A DNA stretch of 13,732 nt. It comes from Vulcanimicrobiota bacterium. GTDB lineage: Bacteria > Vulcanimicrobiota > Vulcanimicrobiia > Vulcanimicrobiales > Vulcanimicrobiaceae. Below, piece by piece: positions 8,512 to 13,732 of the stretch. The stretch lies in assembly GCA_003133025.1 (NCBI GenBank), contig PKZK01000087.1, forward strand, positions 1 to 13,732. The letters run 5' to 3'. The notes beneath the pieces are model-generated. The model ran no database searches and was not told the DNA's origin. It saw only the letters and a program-made list of their open reading frames with translations. The first letter of the stretch is position 1. Every line of letters starts with the position of its first letter. The translations under genes were made by a program, and so were the position numbers.

Positions 8512-9194
8512 GCGCTTTCGCCGAGATAGATTGCGCCGGTTATTTGCGTTCCGAGATGTTGTGCGGTGATGAACTCGACGATCGTCGCGTGCGCGACGCG
8601 TCCGTCGAAGATTTGCGCGGCGGCGACGCCGGCGCGCACGGCGTGGGCGGCGGCGCGGATAGCGGCCGCGAGGTCGGCATCCATGTCGCCGGCTTCGGCC
8701 AGGGCGAGCGCTTCGGCCGGGGTCAATTCCGAAACCAGCGCCAGCGTGGCCGGATCGACGACGCCGCCCGAGGCGTGGAAGAAGATCGCGCGCGCCGCGT
8801 CGGTTGCGGCGGCGATCGCCACGGCCACTTCGTCGGCTGCGACCTCGACGTCGTTGCCGCCGATGCCGAGCGCGGTCGGCTCGATCACCGGCACGTATCC
8901 GGCCGCGGCCAGCGTCGCGAGAATTCCGGTCTGCACGCGCCCGACGCGTTCGGCGCCGCCCGCAGGCAGCAGCGCGGCGTCGGCGCCCGAGAGCCCGACG
9001 GCGACGTTGCCGCGCCGATTGAGCGCCCGCACGTATCCGCGAGCGATGTCGCCGGTGGGCGCCACCACGATCGGGCGCACCTCGCGACGCAGCAGAAAAT
9101 CGATGTCGTCCTCGAGCGTCGTCCGCTCGAGCAAAGGTGATTCGTCGATGCGAACGACGACGGTGCGGCCGGCGAACCTGCGCCCATCAATCAT
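8508..9194 (-). CDS. Degenerate acetylglutamate kinase (ArgB)-like amino-acid-kinase-fold protein
   Basis: RRFAGRTVVV, AVGLSGADA, GYVPVIEP, ADEVAVAIA and IFDGRVAHATIVEFIT...GTQI align in order with ArgB, but the catalytic motifs are altered. ATG overlaps the pth TGA (ATGA). Confidence 0.8.
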   Translation of the reverse strand: MIDGRRFAGRTVVVRIDESPLLERTTLEDDIDFLLRREVRPIVVAPTGDIARGYVRALNRRGNVAVGLSGADAALLPAGGAERVGRVQTGILATLAAAGYVPVIEPTALGIGGNDVEVAADEVAVAIAAATDAARAIFFHASGGVVDPATLALVSELTPAEALALAEAGDMDADLAAAIRAAAHAVRAGVAAAQIFDGRVAHATIVEFITAQHLGTQITGAIYLGESA

Positions 9195-9802
9195 CGGGCT
9201 GTGTTGTCGTCGCCCCCGGCCTCGTTCCTGCTTGCCTCGGGCCGCCAGGCGTTGACCAGGTTCATCGCGTCGACCGGACCTCGTTCGAGCCAGCGCACGA
9301 CGCCTTCCGCCGCAACGTCGATGACCGGCCCGAGCCGTCGCTCTTCGTCGGGCGTAAACGTCGAGAGCACGTGGTCGATCGCCTCACTGCCGCTGCGGCC
9401 GATGCCCACCCGCAAGCGGGGATAGGCCGTACCGAAGTGTTCGATGATCGACTTGAGCCCGTTGTGTCCGCCCGAACTGCCGTTCTCGCGCATGCGCAGC
9501 CGTCCGAAGGGCAGGTCGAGATCGTCGACCACCACGAGCACGTCGGCCGGCTGCGTCTTCCACCAGCGCGCTATTTTGCCGAGCGGACGACCGCTGTCGT
9601 TCATGAACGACAGCGGCTTGACCAGCACCACGGAGCGCGAGGCGACGTGCGCCTGGGCCGCTTCGTCCTTGGTTTTCCACGGACCGGCGCCGAGCCGTCG
9701 CGCGACCTCGTCGACAATGCGAAACCCGACATTGTGCCGGGTTCGCTCGTACTTGGACCCTGGGTTGCCGAGGCCGGCAACGATGCGAGTGCCGCTCGCT
9801 AC
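9191..9802 (-). CDS. pth: Peptidyl-tRNA hydrolase
   Basis: The frame extends upstream of track ORF 9191..9631: RIVAGLGNPGSKYERTRHNVGF, KPLSFMNDSG, VVVDDLDLPFG, GGHNGLKSI, RLRVGIGR. Proposed start is non-canonical GTA 9802 (alternative ATC 9784). Confidence 0.96.
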   Translation of the reverse strand, partial: VASGTRIVAGLGNPGSKYERTRHNVGFRIVDEVARRLGAGPWKTKDEAAQAHVASRSVVLVKPLSFMNDSGRPLGKIARWWKTQPADVLVVVDDLDLPFGRLRMRENGSSGGHNGLKSIIEHFGTAYPRLRVGIGRSGSEAIDHVLSTFTPDEERRLGPVIDVAAEGVVRWLERGPVDAMNLVNAWRPEASRNEAGGDDNTAR

Positions 9803-10440
9803 GACGCGCTCTCCGCGCCCGCGGCTTCAGCCGCCACGGCTTCGGCGCTACCCACTGCCGTCTCGGGTTCGGCGGCGCGCAGCGGTTCGACCGAGATCAG
9901 CGTGGTCAGCGGGTCGACGTCGAGCACGAGCCCATCGGGCAGCTTGACCTCGCCGGCGGTAACGTGGCCGTGGATTTCGAGATGCGAGACGTCGATCTCG
10001 ATGCTCTCGGGAATCTTGTTCGCCGGGCCGCGGACTTGCAGCGCGTGCAGCACCACGTCGAGCACGGCGCTCTTCGACTGCACCGGGGCGGGGACGCCGA
10101 CGGTAACGATCGGCAGCGAGGCCGAGACTTGCTCGCTCGCGCCGACGCGCTGCAGGTCGACGTGCACGATGCGCCGCGTCACCGGATCGCGTTGCACTTC
10201 GCGCACGAGCGCCGTTTCGCCGGACTTGCCGTCGATCGTCAAGTTGAGGAGATGGTTCTTGCCGCCGCCGTGCTTCATCAGATCGAGGAAGGCTTTGGCG
10301 TCGAGTGCGATCGGCAGCGGCGCAGCGCCGTGTCCGAAGAGAATTGCCGGCGTGTGGCCTTCTTCGCGCAGATGTTTGGAGGCGGTGGTGCCGATGCCGT
10401 CGCGGGTGACGGCGTTGAGCGTGTCGGTTGAACTGGACAT
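9799..10440 (-). CDS. rplY: 50S ribosomal protein bL25 / general stress protein Ctc (long form)
   Basis: LREEGHTPAILFGHG, VREVQRDPVTRRIVHVDLQ, PANKIPESIEIDVSHL, Ala/Glu-rich tail; classic prs-rplY-pth order. Confidence 0.95.
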   Translation of the reverse strand: MSSSTDTLNAVTRDGIGTTASKHLREEGHTPAILFGHGAAPLPIALDAKAFLDLMKHGGGKNHLLNLTIDGKSGETALVREVQRDPVTRRIVHVDLQRVGASEQVSASLPIVTVGVPAPVQSKSAVLDVVLHALQVRGPANKIPESIEIDVSHLEIHGHVTAGEVKLPDGLVLDVDPLTTLISVEPLRAAEPETAVGSAEAVAAEAAGAESAS

Positions 10441-10447
10441 GAGGTGT

Positions 10448-10453
10448 ACGGTA
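10448..10453 (-). promoter_or_regulatory. Putative -10 element (TACCGT) for a leaderless rplY transcript
   Basis: TAnnnT hexamer 7 nt before the rplY ATG; no SD in the 17-nt prs-rplY gap. Confidence 0.35.
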
Positions 10454-10457
10454 CTTT

Positions 10458-11498
10458 CTAGCGTGCTGGGGTGAGTTCCGGAAGCTCCAGCGTCGGTTGC
10501 TGCAGTGCAGCAGTTTGCGCGGCGGCGGCCTCCTCGTCGCGGGCGAAGAGCTCCGAGACGGAACGATTGGCGGTGATGCGCTTGATCGCATCGGCGAGAA
10601 TCTGTGCGACCGAAAGCACCCGGAATTTCGGGCCGAGTTCGAGTTCGGTATTCGGCAGCGAGTTGGTCACGATCACGCGATCGATGGCCGACTCGTTGAG
10701 CACGCGCACCGCGTCGCCGGCGAAGATGCCGTGCGTCGCGCAGGTGACCACCTTGGTAGCGCCGCGCTTGATCAACGCTTCGGCCGCTTTGGCCAGCGTG
10801 CCGCCGGTCGAGATCATGTCGTCGACCACGACCGCGATGCGGCCCGAAACGTCGCCCACGATCTCGGTGACTTCCGAAACGTCGGGTTCGGGCCGGCGCT
10901 TGAAGACGATCGCGATGTCGGAGCGCAGGCGCTTGGCGAATTTTTCGGCGCGCGCCACGCCGCCCGCATCGGGCGAGACGACGACGATCTTCTCGCCCTC
11001 GAGTCCGGCCGATTTGAGGTAGGTGCAGAGGGCCGGCGTCGCTTCGAGGTTGTCGACCGGGATGTCGAAGAAGCCCTGGATTTGGGCCGCATGCAGGTCG
11101 AGCGTGACCAGGCGCTTGGCGCCGGCCGTCTGGAGCAAATTGGCCACCAGCTTGGCCGAGATCGGCTCGCGGCCTTTGGTCTTCTTATCCTGTTTGGCGT
11201 ACCCGTAATAGGGCACGACCGCCGAGATGCGATAGGCCGATGCGCGGTTGAGCGCGTCGATCATCAGCAGCAGCTCCATCAACGAGTCGTTGACGGTCTG
11301 GCCGTTACGGGCGCGGCAGATCGATTGGAAGATGAAGACTTCCGCGCCGCGCACGTTTTCGCGGATCTCGATGCGGCATTCTTCGTTCTTGAATTTGTCG
11401 ACCAGCGCGCTGCCGAGGCGCGAGTCCATCTTCGCAGCAATCTCGCGGGCTAAATCCGGGTTCGAGTTGCCGCTGAACAGCAGAGGCTTGTGGCTCAC
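10458..11498 (-). CDS. prs: Ribose-phosphate pyrophosphokinase (PRPP synthetase)
   Basis: LFSGNSNPDLA, ENVRGAEV, VPYYGYAKQDKK, DLHAAQIQGFFDIP, VVSPDAGG, VDDMISTGGT, ATHGIF. GTG at 11498 with AGGAG (11510-11506) 7 nt upstream. Confidence 0.97.
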   Translation of the reverse strand: MSHKPLLFSGNSNPDLAREIAAKMDSRLGSALVDKFKNEECRIEIRENVRGAEVFIFQSICRARNGQTVNDSLMELLLMIDALNRASAYRISAVVPYYGYAKQDKKTKGREPISAKLVANLLQTAGAKRLVTLDLHAAQIQGFFDIPVDNLEATPALCTYLKSAGLEGEKIVVVSPDAGGVARAEKFAKRLRSDIAIVFKRRPEPDVSEVTEIVGDVSGRIAVVVDDMISTGGTLAKAAEALIKRGATKVVTCATHGIFAGDAVRVLNESAIDRVIVTNSLPNTELELGPKFRVLSVAQILADAIKRITANRSVSELFARDEEAAAAQTAALQQPTLELPELTPAR

Positions 11499-11555
11499 GT
11501 CTTCTCTCCTACCGAGCGGGGAGACCGGAGTCTCGCGACGACGGGGGGGCAATAA

Positions 11556-11573
11556 ATACAGGGTTCCCTGTAT
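11556..11573. promoter_or_regulatory. 18-bp near-perfect palindrome ATACAGGG-TT-CCCTGTAT upstream of prs (operator or attenuator hairpin)
   Basis: 8-bp inverted repeat seen directly; on the minus strand it is followed by TTATT. Confidence 0.45.
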
Positions 11574-11768
11574 GCGCACCACCTTCCCGGCTTCGGGCGG
11601 TAAATCGCTCGCCGGACCGGGCTGCCGAACCCGTAATCGGCCCGAGAGCCGATAGTCTACTTATGTCGGAGGGTGACGGACGGACCGTGGTGACCGCTCG
11701 TCCGGCGGCCGGGGCGCGACGGAGCCGTCTTGCGTTCGCTTCGTCGCCGATGAGTCCCCGATGATTGG

Positions 11769-11797
11769 TTGACAAAGAGCGGCAAACCGCGGAAACT
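11769..11797 (+). promoter_or_regulatory. Putative sigma70-type promoter of the secreted protein gene
   Basis: Perfect TTGACA (11769-11774), 17-nt spacer, weak -10 GAAACT (11792-11797). Strong SD GAGGAGG at 11819-11825. Confidence 0.5.
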
Positions 11798-11830
11798 GGA
11801 TTGCAGAGCGTTATTCGTGAGGAGGTTCTC

Positions 11831-12988
11831 GTGAACCGAATCGTACCGGCCGCCGTGGCCTTGCTTATCGTTCTCTCGAGCCGGGCTCCCGCATCCGCGG
11901 TGCCGAGGTTCGGTATGCCGATGCCCGTCTTTGAGGCGAAGGCCGCGCAGTCGCTCTACGTCTACAATGCCGGAGTGCCGGGCGAGATATCGGGCGAGTA
12001 CGCGCGTTACAGCCTGCCGGATCTGCAATTGCAAGAGACGACCGTCGCCGACGGCGTGGGCAGCCCCGTCGCATTCGGCAAGGCCGGTCAGCCGTATTTT
12101 CTCGACGAGGCGACGACGAGCGGGTTTGCCCTCTACGGCATTCCGGCCGGCAAGGGCGCGAAGCCGGGGGTCGAGGAGTTCTCGGGAATCCCGTGCTACG
12201 CTTCCTCGCTCGCTACGGGACCGACGGGAAACGTCTACGTCGTGCAATATTGCAGCGGCAACGTGCTCGAGTACACCTCGAAGCCCGTTGCCGGCGGCGG
12301 CTCGAAGAAGCCGGTCGCGACGTATGCGGGTGGTAACCTCGGCCAGAACGGACCGTACCCGACCGCAGCCATCGTCGATAAGAAGGGCGGCCTGTACATC
12401 GGCGATACGGGCGGCGGCGTGACCTATTTCGCAAAGGGCAGCAAGACGCCGGTGATCGCTTACCCCACCGGCGATGCGGGCTATGTGAACCAGCTCGTCG
12501 TCGACGACAAAGACGACGTCTGGAGCATCCACGGCCCGAACCCCTCGGACGTGAATTTCCGCGACGAAACGCACTGCGTGATCGATCCCAGCGGAAGCGT
12601 CGCCCGCAACGAGGTGGGCGAGGAATTCTCGGCGGGCACGTTCGTCGCGCATCTGTATTCCGGCGTCGTCACCGGGGCCGACGAGGGAGCCGACGGCCTC
12701 TCCATCGCGGTCGATTCGAAGTTACGCGTCTATGCGGGCGTCGGCGCGCAGGACGATTCGGTCGTGCTCGACTACGCTCCCGGCGACGGCTGTCCCAACG
12801 ATTCCCTTTCGATCCTCGGCGTCAAGAGTCAGGATCCGCAGATCGCCGTCGATGCGAAGCGAAACGTCTACGTCACGGACACCGTCGACAACACGATCTC
12901 GGTCTACGCCGAGGCGTCGACGAAGCGGCTCGAGCAGATCACCCAGCAGAGCGGCTTGATCGACATCCTGTACGCAGCGATCCACTAG
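11831..12988 (+). CDS. Secreted beta-propeller (NHL/SMP-30-like repeat) protein of unknown function
   Basis: GTG 5 nt after GAGGAGG; signal peptide MNRIVPAAVALLIVLSSRAPASA. Repeats LATGPTGNVYV, AIVDKKGGLYIGD, LVVDDKDDVW, IAVDSKLRVY, IAVDAKRNVYVTD. Confidence 0.82.
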   Translation: MNRIVPAAVALLIVLSSRAPASAVPRFGMPMPVFEAKAAQSLYVYNAGVPGEISGEYARYSLPDLQLQETTVADGVGSPVAFGKAGQPYFLDEATTSGFALYGIPAGKGAKPGVEEFSGIPCYASSLATGPTGNVYVVQYCSGNVLEYTSKPVAGGGSKKPVATYAGGNLGQNGPYPTAAIVDKKGGLYIGDTGGGVTYFAKGSKTPVIAYPTGDAGYVNQLVVDDKDDVWSIHGPNPSDVNFRDETHCVIDPSGSVARNEVGEEFSAGTFVAHLYSGVVTGADEGADGLSIAVDSKLRVYAGVGAQDDSVVLDYAPGDGCPNDSLSILGVKSQDPQIAVDAKRNVYVTDTVDNTISVYAEASTKRLEQITQQSGLIDILYAAIH

Positions 12989-13028
12989 GCCGGCTCCGGG
13001 TCGCTGCAAAGTGAAACCGGAGCGGGCC
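12988..13028 (+). other. Stem-loop with a GNRA (GCAA) tetraloop after the propeller gene
   Basis: GCTCCGG (12993-12999) / CCGGAGC (13017-13023), inner TCGCT/AGTGA, loop GCAA; no U-tract. Confidence 0.4.
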
Positions 13029-13039
13029 GGCCGGTGTCG

Positions 13040-13045
13040 TACGTT
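13040..13045 (+). promoter_or_regulatory. Putative -10 element (TACGTT) for a leaderless uvrB transcript
   Basis: TAnnnT hexamer 6 nt before ATG 13052; no SD present. Confidence 0.45.
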
Positions 13046-13051
13046 CACACC

Positions 13052-13732
13052 ATGCCGGAGCGGTTCGAACTCGTCAGTCCCTACCAGCTCGCGGGCGATC
13101 AGCCGGTCGCCACGCAGGCGCTGGCCGAGGGCGTGCTCCGCGGCGACCGGGCGCAGACGCTGCTGGGCGTCACGGGCAGCGGCAAGACGATGGCCATGGC
13201 CCGGGTCGTGGAACTGGTGCAGAAGCCCACGCTCGTTCTCTGCCACAACAAGACGCTCGCCGCCCAACTCTGCGCCGAATTCCGCGACTTCTTCCCCAAC
13301 AACGCGGTCGAGTTCTTCGTCTCGTACTTCGACTATTATCAGCCCGAAGCGTACATCGCGCACACCGATACCTATATCGAGAAGGACAGCTCGATCAACG
13401 ACGAGATCGAGCGCCTGCGCCATTCCGCCACGCAATCGCTGCTCACCCGGCCCGACACCCTGATCGTGGCCTCGGTCTCGTGCATCTACGGCTTGGGTTC
13501 GCCCTCCGACTACATGGAGATGTCGCTGCGCGTCGCCGTCGGCGACGAGTTCGACCGCGACGTGCTGCTGCGCCGTCTGGTCGACATGCAGTACCGGCGC
13601 AACGACCTCAACCTGGTGCGGGGCACGTTCCGCGTGCGCGGCGACACGCTGGAGTTCGTGGCGGTCGACGAAGAGCTGGTCCACCGCATCGAGTTCTTCG
13701 GCGACGAGATCGAAGCGATCAACGTGGTCAAC
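13052..13732 (+). CDS. uvrB: Excinuclease ABC subunit B (5' part; runs off the window)
   Basis: Translated by hand because it is absent from the track: [28 protein letters not shown] (Walker A), [53 protein letters not shown]. Confidence 0.98.
   Translation, partial: MPERFELVSPYQLAGDQPVATQALAEGVLRGDRAQTLLGVTGSGKTMAMARVVELVQKPTLVLCHNKTLAAQLCAEFRDFFPNNAVEFFVSYFDYYQPEAYIAHTDTYIEKDSSINDEIERLRHSATQSLLTRPDTLIVASVSCIYGLGSPSDYMEMSLRVAVGDEFDRDVLLRRLVDMQYRRNDLNLVRGTFRVRGDTLEFVAVDEELVHRIEFFGDEIEAINVVN

Noticed and set aside
11499..11582. 28-aa N-terminal extension of Prs in the ORF track
   Set aside because: A strong AGGAG precedes GTG 11498, and Prs similarity starts right after it.
11499..11760. tRNA-Gln, which often precedes prs
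   Set aside because: No cloverleaf, T-loop GTTCGAATC or CCA end found on either strand.
11779..11810. GGCAAACC-GCG-GAAA-CTGG...GCAGAGC resembling the 5' half of a c-di-GMP-I (GEMM) riboswitch
   Set aside because: The second hairpin with the tetraloop receptor is absent, and the segment coincides with the spacer and -10 of the TTGACA promoter. An Rfam search would settle it.
11657..13684. Antisense ORFs 11657..12652 and 12722..13684
   Set aside because: Mirror frames of the propeller gene and uvrB; no independent evidence.
1..13732. CRISPR arrays, IS elements, integrases, prophage or defence genes
   Set aside because: No regularly spaced repeats, terminal inverted repeats, or transposase, integrase or Cas motifs seen.

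Overview
GC-rich bacterial chromosomal segment made up mostly of housekeeping genes, with no mobile element, CRISPR array, tRNA or rRNA that I can support. From left to right: a 2-Cys peroxiredoxin and a YkuV-like thioredoxin (resembling Bacillus ykuU/ykuV = ahpA/ahpT); a PAS-PAS-PAS-GAF-PP2C(SpoIIE)-HATPase sensor; an amidase-signature hydrolase (-); thyX, followed by an M48/Ste24-like membrane protein that has lost its HExxH motif; a minus-strand operon prs-rplY-pth-(degenerate argB-like)-(exported DUF4412-like); a secreted beta-propeller protein; and the 5' part of uvrB. Four observations stand out. (1) pth has no ATG/GTG/TTG before its catalytic residues and appears to start at a GTA that overlaps the rplY TAG stop, 8 nt after a GGAG; this is one of four N+stop overlaps (ATGA, TTGA, GTAG, CTAA). 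(2) Two intact but apparently catalytically dead proteins, an ArgB-like pseudokinase and an M48 pseudoprotease, are each coupled to essential genes. (3) uvrB and rplY have probable leaderless TAnnnT promoters. (4) The region upstream of prs is rich in hairpins and contains an 18-bp near-palindrome. All protein assignments come from motifs recognised by eye; no searches were run.
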